Virus record (IMG/VR): IMGVR_UViG_3300024432_002033 | DNA: 20,000 nucleotides | Source: an uncultured virus (IMG/VR IMGVR_UViG_3300024432_002033) | Lineage: Duplodnaviria > Heunggongvirae > Uroviricota > Caudoviricetes | Direction: 5' to 3' (one strand) | Part shown: positions 1 to 8,296 of the stretch, piece by piece | How positions within the stretch are numbered: position 1 is the stretch's first letter | How the letters are laid out: the number at the start of each line of letters is the position of its first letter | Program-made: the position numbers and the translations under genes | Notes under the pieces: model-generated | Told to the model about the DNA's origin: nothing | Seen by the model: the letters and a program-made list of their open reading frames with translations, nothing else | The model's database searches: none

Positions 1-291
1 TCTGTGATCGTCGACGACCCGGTCCCTCGAATCACTTTTCAAGAGCTCGGGGTTATCGAGGAGATTCAATGCATGTTCCTCGGTGAGAAGGCTCATGATA
101 CCCGTCGTCTCACCCAGATAGAGGGCGAAGAGAGCTTCCTCGTTGCCCGCAAACATGGAGATTGAGGGATCCTCACCCTCGATCTTCTCCTCAATCCATT
201 TGCAATAGGCATGTGGATCTGTGGGGGGGTTCTTCCTGTGGCTAACCACTCTGACGCAGTGTGAATGACTCTTATACGGTCCAAACGGCAT
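1..291 (-). CDS. Head-module protein downstream of portal (partial, runs off the window edge; not in ORF track)
   Basis: Manual translation from ATG 291 (in-frame ATG at 297 overlaps the portal stop): MPFGPYKSHSHCVRVVSHRKNPPTDPHAYCKWIEEKIEGEDPSISMFAGNEEALFALYLGETTGIMSLLTEEHALNLLDNPELLKSDSRDRVVDDHR. The frame is open for 97 codons to position 1. The MPFxxY..C....P.AYC N-terminus recalls small Cys motifs in viral head-region proteins; function not assignable. Confidence 0.8.
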   Translation of the reverse strand, partial: MPFGPYKSHSHCVRVVSHRKNPPTDPHAYCKWIEEKIEGEDPSISMFAGNEEALFALYLGETTGIMSLLTEEHALNLLDNPELLKSDSRDRVVDDHR

Positions 292-293
292 TA

Positions 294-1955
294 TCATTCC
301 TCCATATTATTCGAATTTGAATCCAGGACGACCCGCTTTATGTATACTCGAACACCTTCGGGGGTGTCGTAATCTAACGGTGGGTCGAATCTCTTCACGA
401 TCTTAGGCTGCCAGACCCAGAATTGGGTTGTCTCCGGCCACCAAGCATCCCATTCTGATGAGGAAATCCTGTGAAGGTTACGATATTTTTCCCGCACGCG
501 ACTAGTGAGGGGCCCCTCCGCCTCGCCTTCAACCATGATCCCGTGGATCCCATCCTCGCCCACTATGTGGATCTGCTGGTCGCTGTATTTTCCGTATGGC
601 TTCGTCCCGACGATGATCTTCTTATGCCCACTTGCCAGCCATTCCGCGTGTTTACCGGCTAGGCATCGGCCTGGCAGCGGGACCATCATTTTCTTGATCT
701 CCTTCAAGGGGAAGCCGAGCTCATCTCTTATCCAGGTCTCATCCGGTGAGACGATCCCCTTGTCTATGGATTCCATTATCGTACTCCGGATCGCGGCCAT
801 GTCCATGGTAGTAAGAGGCGCAAAGGTGAGCTTCGGAGGGATTTCAAGCTCCCAGTTTAATCCGGCCACGAATGCGAGCATCTGGTTGAGAACGTCGGTC
901 AGCTCAAGTCTGAAATCCTCGAAGCGCATGAGAATTATGTCGAAAGGTACTTTGGGTCCATAGACACCCCCGCCACCCTCGAAGAGCTTCTGGCCTATGA
1001 GCATGCGCCGCAAGATCATTTCGTCCTGGTATCGGATGTAGCCGTCATAGGGCATTTGCCTGCGCCTCGATTCGATGACCTCGATTGCGGTGGGATCTTT
1101 TTCATGTCGTTTCAGAAGGACGCCCTGGCTTCGGGCATAGAGATGCTCTATGGTATCGAGTACATTATCCATATCTCCCGGCGTGGGCGCGATTCCCAAG
1201 AGAATGGGGCTTCCAAACCTCTCATAACCAATGTTGGCGAATTTGAGCATGGCGTCCTTAATAAACCAATTTTTGTAACACGCGTTCAGGAGTGATTGAC
1301 CATACCAATTACCGAATTCGCTGTTATGACTCCAAATCAGCATCCGATCTAGGGGCAGATCTATTCTGCTTCCGCCTATGCGCTCCTCTATTTTCTTCAA
1401 GTTTCCAAATGGATCGCTGAAGAATTTGATATATTCTGGATTGAGCGTTTTCAAACCATTTGAGGTTCGAATGAGCCATTTCCCCTTATAATCCTCGAAG
1501 ACAATCTCGGTCACGCTGAATCCATAGGAAATGGCGCTGATCATCCCCTTCATGGCATTTCTGAAGCTTGGATAGATGAGTCCGTCAAGATTTCTTGTGA
1601 GCGTCTCCACGACTTCCTTGTCAGGATGCCGGATTTTCCAGGGCTTCATAAGCACGCCCATCACTATGAGATCGAAGCCGGCTCTTACCTGGGCGTCATT
1701 CAACATCTTCGCGTATTCTGAGAAATCAATGAGGTCTGGGTTCATATCCCCGACCGCTAGGTAAGCCCATTGGTCGCCCTTGTAGAGCCCCACGTCCTGG
1801 GTCAGTTTGTCTCGTTGCTGTGTGACGCGCTGAAGTCTGAGCGCTAAATCAGTGTAATTATCCAGTGCCTCGGTCATGCCGGGGAACAGTAGCTTGGCTG
1901 CCCTTTCCCGCGCCGATCGGAGGATGGATACTCTCGGCTGATCTATTTCTCCCAT
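294..1955 (-). CDS. Phage portal protein (DUF935 / Mu gp29-like) with C-terminal ASCH/PUA-like extension
   Basis: 553 aa, directly downstream of and overlapping the terminase. Motifs AISYGFSVTEI, FGNWYGQSLLNACY, ERFGSPILLG and WIRDELGFP are typical of DUF935-type portals. About 125 extra C-terminal residues follow the portal end. Confidence 0.88.
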   Translation of the reverse strand: MGEIDQPRVSILRSARERAAKLLFPGMTEALDNYTDLALRLQRVTQQRDKLTQDVGLYKGDQWAYLAVGDMNPDLIDFSEYAKMLNDAQVRAGFDLIVMGVLMKPWKIRHPDKEVVETLTRNLDGLIYPSFRNAMKGMISAISYGFSVTEIVFEDYKGKWLIRTSNGLKTLNPEYIKFFSDPFGNLKKIEERIGGSRIDLPLDRMLIWSHNSEFGNWYGQSLLNACYKNWFIKDAMLKFANIGYERFGSPILLGIAPTPGDMDNVLDTIEHLYARSQGVLLKRHEKDPTAIEVIESRRRQMPYDGYIRYQDEMILRRMLIGQKLFEGGGGVYGPKVPFDIILMRFEDFRLELTDVLNQMLAFVAGLNWELEIPPKLTFAPLTTMDMAAIRSTIMESIDKGIVSPDETWIRDELGFPLKEIKKMMVPLPGRCLAGKHAEWLASGHKKIIVGTKPYGKYSDQQIHIVGEDGIHGIMVEGEAEGPLTSRVREKYRNLHRISSSEWDAWWPETTQFWVWQPKIVKRFDPPLDYDTPEGVRVYIKRVVLDSNSNNMEE

Positions 1956-3511
1956 GGTAAACGGGTCAACTCCTCTTTTCTATTCCGCCAGCTGATCGGC
2001 ATCCACGCATTGCCCTCAGATCGGAAGGATTCCCAATCCGTCGCTGGAGATTTTGGGGTCGTTTCCGGTCTGGGCGCTCGAGCGGCTCTCCTCGATTCCT
2101 CATAATAGATCGGATCCCATCCGCCTAGTAGGAGAAGGAACCCGTCAACTGCGTGATCGAATTTTTTGACGGGCTTTCCGTCCGCGCCTCGGCGATACGC
2201 GAGTATCTGACTTTTAAGAGGCGCGAAATCCGGGGTATCTGGGATTGTGATCATGTCATTTTGAAGCCAATAATATGTGACCCCGATCAGCCACTCCTTT
2301 CCCTCGGTTTTACTCTGGAAGGCGCGACGCATCACTCGTAGACCGCGGTCTTCAAGTTCCCTGTTTTCAAAAGCTCCGGCGGCGTCGCAGTGCCATTCGA
2401 AGATATTATATTTTTTCCAGTCCTCTTCAGCGCGATTAGACCAATCTGTAGCGCTCGTATTATTCTCGATCAGGAGCTTCATCACGACGATCTTCTTATT
2501 GGTCCCTCGATAGCCCTCGATCATAGCCGTGTCATGATCGAAACCCCAATCAAACGCTCCTTTGGATTCGCCCCTGAACTCTAGATTTTCAGGATCATAG
2601 GGGGTCCCGTCTATGAGGAAGCCCGGATTATTGGGATCGGGGGCTTTGAATGCCCTTCTTATGAGGGTCTTGGGAAAAATTCGTCCCGCTCCGCGGGGAA
2701 GTGTTCCCACGTATTGAGTGCGAAACATTTCGTCGCTGAGGAAGAGTTGGGCGATCTCCGAGTCCCTCTTGGCTGTATCGGTCTGTAGGAAAGGGCAGTC
2801 CTTCGCGAGCCATTCGAATTTCTCGAACCCCCATTTCTTGGCATCGTCTAAAATATCGAGAAAGGATTCGGTGCCCTCTTTTCCTGGCACCGCAGTGCTG
2901 AGGAGGAAACGTCTTGGATCCTCGCTTCCACGGATCATGGGCCACGCCTCCTCCCTGATCCCCATGGGAATGAGGACGTATTCATCCATCAGAAGCGCAT
3001 CCGCGGTCGGAGCGTTGACCTGCTTAGAGCTTGCAGCACTATACCTTATCCACCCTCCAGCCTTGTACAGGGTCCTAGTCTTCATTGGCTCCCCAGACAG
3101 GAACTGGGAGAAGAAATCCCGCGTGGCTTTTCCCTCAGGCCCGGAGGGCCAGAGGATCTTCCTGCAGTAATCGTAGAGCCATTCAGCCTGAATTTGGCTG
3201 CCGGAGAGGATGAAGACCCGGTATCGTTGATCCCTCAGCGTGAGCCATACTGCTATGATAGCGACACAGATTGTTTTCCCACCTTTTCGGGGAGCCCTTA
3301 TAACGAAGTACCTCTTTCCGTCCTGCACCGCCTTGAATAATTTGAGCTGTTGGGGCGAGGCCTTATCCAAGTCGAAGAGTCGTCTCGGGACGAAATGGCG
3401 GATGAAGGCGAGAATGTTCTTGAGGGATTTCTGCCACTGAAGGTCATTAATCAGGGTCTGACCTTGGATCTTGAACTTATCAAGTTCCCTGAGAAGCGCT
3501 CCTCTTTGCAA
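1943..3511 (-). CDS. terL: Terminase large subunit
   Basis: 522 aa with TTG start. Walker A APRKGGKT, Walker B LLMDE, coupling motif LLSTA, RNase H-like nuclease acidic motifs AFDWGFDHDTA, HCDAAG and KFDHAVDG. Adjacent to the portal. Confidence 0.93.
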   Translation of the reverse strand: MQRGALLRELDKFKIQGQTLINDLQWQKSLKNILAFIRHFVPRRLFDLDKASPQQLKLFKAVQDGKRYFVIRAPRKGGKTICVAIIAVWLTLRDQRYRVFILSGSQIQAEWLYDYCRKILWPSGPEGKATRDFFSQFLSGEPMKTRTLYKAGGWIRYSAASSKQVNAPTADALLMDEYVLIPMGIREEAWPMIRGSEDPRRFLLSTAVPGKEGTESFLDILDDAKKWGFEKFEWLAKDCPFLQTDTAKRDSEIAQLFLSDEMFRTQYVGTLPRGAGRIFPKTLIRRAFKAPDPNNPGFLIDGTPYDPENLEFRGESKGAFDWGFDHDTAMIEGYRGTNKKIVVMKLLIENNTSATDWSNRAEEDWKKYNIFEWHCDAAGAFENRELEDRGLRVMRRAFQSKTEGKEWLIGVTYYWLQNDMITIPDTPDFAPLKSQILAYRRGADGKPVKKFDHAVDGFLLLLGGWDPIYYEESRRAARAPRPETTPKSPATDWESFRSEGNAWMPISWRNRKEELTRLPWEK

Positions 3512-3543
3512 GGCCTGTTCGAATTAAGAATAAGCTAACAACG

Positions 3544-3570
3544 ATAAAAAGAGTTTAGGTTAGCGTAACC
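3544..3570 (-). promoter_or_regulatory. Putative TATA promoter of terL with an upstream GGTTA-N3-TAACC palindrome
   Basis: TTTTTAT on the minus strand at ~3545-3551, about 35 nt before the TTG at 3511. Palindrome ggttagcgtaacc at 3558-3570. Confidence 0.4.
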
Positions 3571-3625
3571 GTTTTTACTTGGTGCGACCCCCTCCCCGTC
3601 CTATTCTCGTTTGTGGCTGATCCGG

Positions 3626-3910
3626 TCAATACTCTTCTTTGATACCCAGGAGATCGAGATATATCTTAAATATGGCCTTAGTATCATCACTGAATCCCTC
3701 CGCTTCTACAGCCGCTATGAAATCGGCGAATGAGGATCTCCCGCGATCAAGGGTCAAATCCATTACTATCTCATTCAACTTATCCCTGTCTTCGAGCGTG
3801 TCTTCCGCTGTAAGCGCGATCTGCTGTGATATAAGAGAAAGGATAATGTACCTGTTTATGAGATTCTGACGCTCAACCATCTGCCCTATTCCAAAGCGAT
3901 CTCTACTCAC
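3626..3910 (-). CDS. Hypothetical protein (94 aa, acidic, helical) upstream of terminase
   Basis: GTG start, protein-like composition, located directly behind repeat/promoter copy 1 and upstream of terL. Confidence 0.7.
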   Translation of the reverse strand: MSRDRFGIGQMVERQNLINRYIILSLISQQIALTAEDTLEDRDKLNEIVMDLTLDRGRSSFADFIAAVEAEGFSDDTKAIFKIYLDLLGIKEEY

Positions 3911-3943
3911 CTGAAATCGCCCTTCCTGTCACGAACATGTTGA

Positions 3944-4030
3944 TCAATAAAACGGGTTTGGGTTCCCGAACTCCCCTTTTAAATTTTACGCCGGTTTGGT
4001 TCGTATCTGCGAACCAGTTAACCCTTTTTT
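3944..4030 (-). repeat. Conserved promoter/operator repeat, copy 1 (inverted relative to copies 2 and 3)
   Basis: Reverse complement reads aaaagggttaactGGTTCGcagataCGAACCaaaccggcgtaaaaTTTAAAAggggaGTTCGggaaccCAAACccgttttattga. It aligns along its length with 10728-10810 and 13007-13089. Confidence 0.92.
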
Positions 4031-4053
4031 TTCAAGCTTCGGTCCGCGCGTAT

Positions 4054-4317
4054 CTACACGTCTGCGATTAATCTCTTGTGTTGACTTTTGGCCTCGTATT
4101 CGTTGTTTCGAGGGCAGAGATAAAGTCCTATCTTCGCCTCCCCGTCGGGCTCAAGGTGCTTCGGACACCTGAATTTACAGAGCAACGCATCGCAGACATG
4201 GTTTTTGCCAAGAGCGAAGCTACAACCAGATAAATCGACGACGGTCCCGAAGCCCGAGATACGGGCCCTCCATGGCTCTCTCTCCCCCGGCAATCTGCAC
4301 CTCTCCAGTCGCAACAC
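4054..4317 (-). CDS. Small Cys-rich hypothetical protein (possible Zn binding)
   Basis: 87 aa with six Cys plus His (C..HVC....C...CP.H....CP). TATA-like AATATAG ~20-25 nt upstream. Confidence 0.55.
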   Translation of the reverse strand: MLRLERCRLPGEREPWRARISGFGTVVDLSGCSFALGKNHVCDALLCKFRCPKHLEPDGEAKIGLYLCPRNNEYEAKSQHKRLIADV

Positions 4318-4369
4318 GCAGAGTATGGAACGCGGTCTATATTATCTTGTCGGTTGGTGAAAAAAGGGA

Positions 4370-4693
4370 CTATCCAAGGATATTTTTCAGCAGGTATTCC
4401 ACGAGCAGAAGCGCGATGGGTCCAGATATGCCGGCAATTGCGGCGACGTAGGCGATCAATCTCTTGGTACTCAGCTGGTTGGAGGCGGCTATCACCTCTT
4501 GCTTCTCCTTGAGAGATTTCTCGATGGAGGCGAGGGCTGAGCTCATCTTGGATATGTCTCTTTGTATACCTCCACGTCCGTCCTCCCCGTAGAGGGCAAG
4601 CCCGTGCCTCGCCAGTTCATCGAAGATCCGACCAGAGGTGGCGGCGCATTCGGCTCTGGTCACGTAGTTGTCACCGTTATCCTTGTTCGACAT
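4370..4693 (-). CDS. Coiled-coil protein with C-terminal transmembrane helix (XhlA/holin-accessory-like architecture)
   Basis: 107 aa. Heptad-like DISKMSSALASIEKSLKEKQE followed by hydrophobic LIAYVAAIAGISGPIALLLV. GAGGT RBS upstream. Confidence 0.75.
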   Translation of the reverse strand: MSNKDNGDNYVTRAECAATSGRIFDELARHGLALYGEDGRGGIQRDISKMSSALASIEKSLKEKQEVIAASNQLSTKRLIAYVAAIAGISGPIALLLVEYLLKNILG

Positions 4694-4702
4694 CTGAATA
4701 CC

Positions 4703-5017
4703 TCATTCCGTTGGCGGCAAATCCCGGTGTCGAATGTTATCGATCGGCCTGTTCATTATGTGATTCAGCATGAAGCCCAGGGCAAGACTGGATGCGAAGA
4801 CATAGCCTTGGGATCCGGTGGGCATATTCTGATAGAGGGAGGGAAGGGATACGAGACCCACAATGATGGAGATTGCAATAGAAGCTATCATCGTCAGGAG
4901 GTAGCGCCTATCGAATACATCGGGATTATCCCTTATAGTCCAGAAGAAATCATAGAGAGTCCTTGCGACAGGACCGCAGAGAAAACCGATGATCGCGATC
5001 GTTTCCGTCGATAGCAT
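4703..5017 (-). CDS. Small membrane protein with ~3 TM segments (holin-like)
   Basis: 104 aa with three hydrophobic stretches (IAIIGFLCGPVA; YLLTMIASIAISIIVGLVSL; YVFASSLALGFML) and a charged C-terminal tail. TTTTTAAA box at 5040-5047, ~23 nt upstream. Confidence 0.72.
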   Translation of the reverse strand: MLSTETIAIIGFLCGPVARTLYDFFWTIRDNPDVFDRRYLLTMIASIAISIIVGLVSLPSLYQNMPTGSQGYVFASSLALGFMLNHIMNRPIDNIRHRDLPPTE

Positions 5018-5118
5018 GTACTATCATTCACACAAAGAATTTAAAAAGGATTCCACTCAGATTAACCAATGGAGGACCTTTGACCTAAATAACGGCGTCC
5101 CTGAACCTATCCGAATTC

Positions 5119-5162
5119 TTTTTAAGGCAACACATACAATTTCTGTATGGTTTTATGTATGG
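5119..5162 (+). promoter_or_regulatory. TATA box plus putative autoregulatory operator
   Basis: TTTTTAA at 5119-5125. Perfect palindrome CATACA-N5-TGTATG at 5133-5149 over the expected TSS/start codon. TGTATGG is repeated at 5144 and 5156. Confidence 0.6.
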
Positions 5163-5404
5163 TAGATCTCCACGTTGAGATGACCGTTGAGGAGAGGGAG
5201 CTCCTTAGGAAGTGGAAGGGGAGAAAAAAATGGAAGGAATGGTTGCTCTCCATCCCGCGACTGCTCAGGGAAGCCGCCGACGCGAGGGAGATTGCGGAAT
5301 TAAAGCTGGAAAAAGCGATGAGAGATATCAAGGAGTTGGAGGAGCGGTGCCAACATCTTCAAAAGGAGCTGGGGAAATATGAGCGAGATTCGACTCCCAT
5401 TTAG
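5147..5404 (+). CDS. Small ribbon-helix-helix/antitoxin-like DNA-binding protein with C-terminal coiled coil
   Basis: N-terminus VDLHVEMTVEERELLRKWKGRKKWKEWLL fits a beta-strand/helix/helix pattern like archaeal RHH proteins, followed by a coiled coil. Alternative start at 5159. Confidence 0.6.
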   Translation: MVLCMVDLHVEMTVEERELLRKWKGRKKWKEWLLSIPRLLREAADAREIAELKLEKAMRDIKELEERCQHLQKELGKYERDSTPI

Positions 5405-6380
5405 CGCGCTCATACCCTTTTTCCCTCCGATGCGGCTCACGAGAGACGCGGACGAAGATCGGGACTTTCAGGAATCACTGCGGGAACATGGAATTCGCCG
5501 ACCACTACTCGTCCGCCCGCATCCCATTCACGAGGGGAAATTCGAGGTCGTGGACGGCAATCGGCGTCTGGCACACGGCCAGGTAGTTGGACTTGAGGAT
5601 GCTTCCTGCGAGGTCAGGGAGATGAGCGACGAAGAGGCGTTCACGGTCGCCCTGGTCTTAAACGTGCAGAGATCGAATGTGCCAAGCATCGGAATCGGAA
5701 ACTGGTTACAGCTGATGCAGATGAAGTTCGGTTATTCTCAGGAGAAGTTAGCTGAGAAGGTGGGCAAGAGTCAGTCCTGGGTCTCCAGACACCTGAAGCT
5801 CGTGAAATCGGAGATTGAGGAAACGAACTCTTATGAGAAAAGGGGTGATATTCCTGGAGAAATTATGTCCCGGGGCATAATCTTTGAGAGCGAGAGACAA
5901 ATGCGCGCCCTCAGATCAGCCCCGGAAGATGTCAGACGGAGCATCCTGGAGGGAGCCAGTGAGACGGGCGAGCTTCCATCAGGTCGCGAAATCGAGCGGA
6001 GGGCAACGGCTGAGATGTCCGCGGGTGAAGTCCTTGAGATATATTCTCCGAATCGTTATGACGAAGAATTCGTCGAGCATCAACTTCAGAAATTGTCCGG
6101 CGTCACTCTGACGGAGGCGAAGGAAATTCTTTGGAATTTTGGAAATCGGCGCATCAAGCCACGAGGGAAGAGAGACACCGTGGATAGGAATGACGCGGCT
6201 GTACGCGTATTTCAGCAGCTTACTCGCTATTATCCCACGAACCTGATAGATATCGTCGGGAAGCATACGAGAAGCACAAACTTGGAAACCTTGATCAGGT
6301 ACTGCAGGATGTTGACGCAGCGGATGTTTGAGATTGCACCCGAAGATTTGAAACAATCTGCCTTGCAGGACTTCATCTGA
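5379..6380 (+). CDS. ParB/RepB/Spo0J family protein (ParB/Srx domain plus HTH)
   Basis: 333 aa. SLREHGIRRPLLVRP and EVVDGNRRLA (box I and the GxxR arginine patch), LNVQR, then HTH SQEKLAEKVGKSQSWVSRHLKL. Confidence 0.9.
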   Translation: MSEIRLPFSALIPFFPPMRLTRDADEDRDFQESLREHGIRRPLLVRPHPIHEGKFEVVDGNRRLAHGQVVGLEDASCEVREMSDEEAFTVALVLNVQRSNVPSIGIGNWLQLMQMKFGYSQEKLAEKVGKSQSWVSRHLKLVKSEIEETNSYEKRGDIPGEIMSRGIIFESERQMRALRSAPEDVRRSILEGASETGELPSGREIERRATAEMSAGEVLEIYSPNRYDEEFVEHQLQKLSGVTLTEAKEILWNFGNRRIKPRGKRDTVDRNDAAVRVFQQLTRYYPTNLIDIVGKHTRSTNLETLIRYCRMLTQRMFEIAPEDLKQSALQDFI

Positions 6381-6439
6381 GATGGAAAAACGATCAGTAT
6401 TTCATTCATGAAGCATTCTTTCCTCATGGAGGGAGGAAG

Positions 6440-6607
6440 ATCCCAAAGAAATGGAAAGAGACGGCATGCCCGCTATTTCTTGTGGCGTTGATAATGTGCG
6501 GAGGGGAGATTAAGGTCCTCTTGGAGGAGAGAGAGGCGCTATGTATCGGCCCCGAATGCCAGATGTACTCTTCCGGAACCAGATCGTGTGGATTGAGATT
6601 CAGATGA
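6440..6607 (+). CDS. Small Cys-rich (probable Zn-binding) protein, start uncertain; not in ORF track
   Basis: Frame reads IPKKWKETACPLFLVALIMCGGEIKVLLEEREALCIGPECQMYSSGTRSCGLRFR*. Its TGA (6605-6607) overlaps the ATG of the next gene (ATGA). No canonical in-frame start lies upstream of the first Cys. Confidence 0.5.
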   Translation: MPKKWKETACPLFLVALIMCGGEIKVLLEEREALCIGPECQMYSSGTRSCGLRFR

Positions 6608-6798
6608 GTGGGATTGAAGCGGGAGGAACGATCAACGAGGACAATATGAAACGGATAAGGAGCCTCGCTGATACAAGACCGGAGATAATCCTATTCATTC
6701 TTGAGGATCTCATGTCACACCTCCTGAATGAGGAGGAGAAAGGACAAATAATTCGGGGAGCACTCATTCGATGGAGAGAGGCGGGGAAGGAAACATAA
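6604..6798 (+). CDS. Hypothetical protein (~64 aa)
   Basis: The ORF track gives 6541. The in-frame ATG at 6604 (MSGIEAGG...) is preferred because of the ATGA coupling with the upstream small ORF. Confidence 0.6.
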   Translation: MSGIEAGGTINEDNMKRIRSLADTRPEIILFILEDLMSHLLNEEEKGQIIRGALIRWREAGKET

Positions 6799-7292
6799 GC
6801 ATCGAGGCCAGACTCAGGGAAGCTCAGGAGCTTGCCGCGAAACCCATCGACCTCAGCGAACCCGAGAAGGAGAGATTGACCCAGATAATCGAGCTGATGA
6901 AGGACAGCTTAGATAAAGTGCTTGAGGATGCGTTGTCGAAACCCAGAGACGAGGCCTTCAAGACCGTCAATGGATATCTAATTGCGATGCAAGAAGGCGG
7001 GAAGGTCGGAGGGGAGGCCAAATCGGAGATGAAACCGCCGGCCAAACCTATCATCCATCCTAAACTCGAGGACATATTCGCTGTTCTACCCGAGAATATA
7101 TGCGCAGGGGCTCGTAAACGTCTCAGCTGCGTGAAGAGCTACATGAGGCTGGAGAAGGAGGGCGAGGATGGGAGCCAAGTTCTCTGCCTTGATTGCAGTC
7201 CGGAAAAAATGATCATCTGCCTCCGCGTTGAGGATCCGACGATAGTCGATGAGCTGGATGATGAGCTCAGGAAGGCCGGTGTGATACGGTAA
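6771..7292 (+). CDS. Hypothetical protein (173 aa; helical N-terminus, Cys-containing C-terminal domain)
   Basis: Long ORF in an operon-like run. Cys pattern C..8..C ... CLDC..6..C suggests possible metal binding. Confidence 0.75.
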   Translation: MERGGEGNISIEARLREAQELAAKPIDLSEPEKERLTQIIELMKDSLDKVLEDALSKPRDEAFKTVNGYLIAMQEGGKVGGEAKSEMKPPAKPIIHPKLEDIFAVLPENICAGARKRLSCVKSYMRLEKEGEDGSQVLCLDCSPEKMIICLRVEDPTIVDELDDELRKAGVIR

Positions 7293-7309
7293 CAGAGGAG
7301 CCCAACCTC

Positions 7310-7768
7310 TTGGGCTTAGCGATTAAACAGCTGCTCCAAGGGGGCGTGAAATACGAGCGTGAGATGAGGCCTCGCAGGACGGTGCATGGAATTATGATGA
7401 GACAGCACCTTCAGCCCTTCATACTCATAACGAAAACGGGCGAATTCGGAAGTTCAGCTGAAACCGATTTTGCGAGGGCACATCGCTTTCTGGTCGAAAC
7501 AAGTCTCACGCATGAGCAGCCTATCGTCCTCGCCTATAAACGGAATACGCGAATCAAATTTTATGCCCTCGATCCATGGAATATCAAGAAGGAATCCAGC
7601 TTAGTCCGAATCGAAGATTACATTATGATGCGCTTCCCGCTGAAATTGGGCTGGAGATGGTATCCTTCGAGAGACCTTGCGGTTCTCTGGACAAGAATGA
7701 AGGCGTCTAGATATAGCAAAACGAAACTCGAATATTTTCATACATTCAGTCAATGTACTGAGGTCTGA
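7310..7768 (+). CDS. Hypothetical protein (152 aa, basic)
   Basis: TTG start with GAGGAG RBS upstream. Ends convergently with the methyltransferase gene. Confidence 0.7.
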   Translation: MGLAIKQLLQGGVKYEREMRPRRTVHGIMMRQHLQPFILITKTGEFGSSAETDFARAHRFLVETSLTHEQPIVLAYKRNTRIKFYALDPWNIKKESSLVRIEDYIMMRFPLKLGWRWYPSRDLAVLWTRMKASRYSKTKLEYFHTFSQCTEV

Positions 7769-8279
7769 TGGCATATAGAATTCTGAGATCCGGTTTCCCC
7801 CCTGAGCGATCCTCGATGATGGTGTACTTGTTTGCACGGCACTTCTTTTTCATGATCCTGTAAAGCTGGATTGAATGCGTCTCTATGAGATATTCGGGAA
7901 TCCGTGAAAATATCTCATTGGGAATTTGGAAGAGAAAGGCCTCGCAACCCTCGCAATCTATTTGCATTAGATCAGGCGACCACCGTTTTATGAGATCTAT
8001 AAAGTCGTCCGGATGTCGTATTGGGAGGAAGATGGGAATCATATCTGGCAGGAGTTTCGCATTTTCTTTGAGTTTTTCGTAAAAGACGGGATCCCCTTCG
8101 ATCGCGATAACTCCCTTCGCGCCTTTTTGGAGGAAATAATCGGCAGTACGGCCCCAATCCGCGCCCACATCCATTACCTTCTTGCCTTCGTAATCGACGA
8201 AGCCGTATTCAGCCTCCCAGGAATCGAGGGGCACGAAAGCCCAGCCCAATGGTCGGAGGTGATTAATCCTATACTTCAC
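7746..8279 (-). CDS. FkbM-like SAM-dependent methyltransferase
   Basis: Motif I VMDVGADWG, motif II VIAIEGDP and FkbM-type MQIDCEGCE. Probable GTG start at 8279 (frame open to 8363). Confidence 0.85.
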   Translation of the reverse strand: MKYRINHLRPLGWAFVPLDSWEAEYGFVDYEGKKVMDVGADWGRTADYFLQKGAKGVIAIEGDPVFYEKLKENAKLLPDMIPIFLPIRHPDDFIDLIKRWSPDLMQIDCEGCEAFLFQIPNEIFSRIPEYLIETHSIQLYRIMKKKCRANKYTIIEDRSGGKPDLRILYAIRPQYID

Positions 8280-8296
8280 GCCCAGACCCTCAGCTT

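Noticed and set aside
93..284. 63-aa ORF from the ORF track
   Set aside because: It is an alternative frame of the better-supported ORF starting at 291/297, which is coupled to the portal stop and runs off the window.
3626..3910. Terminase small subunit assignment
   Set aside because: The position upstream of terL fits, but no HTH or other TerS feature is recognisable. Left as hypothetical.
7310..7768. PD-(D/E)xK nuclease or PCNA-interacting (PIP-box) protein
   Set aside because: Only a vague resemblance (KTKLEYF near the C-terminus). Catalytic residues could not be placed with confidence.
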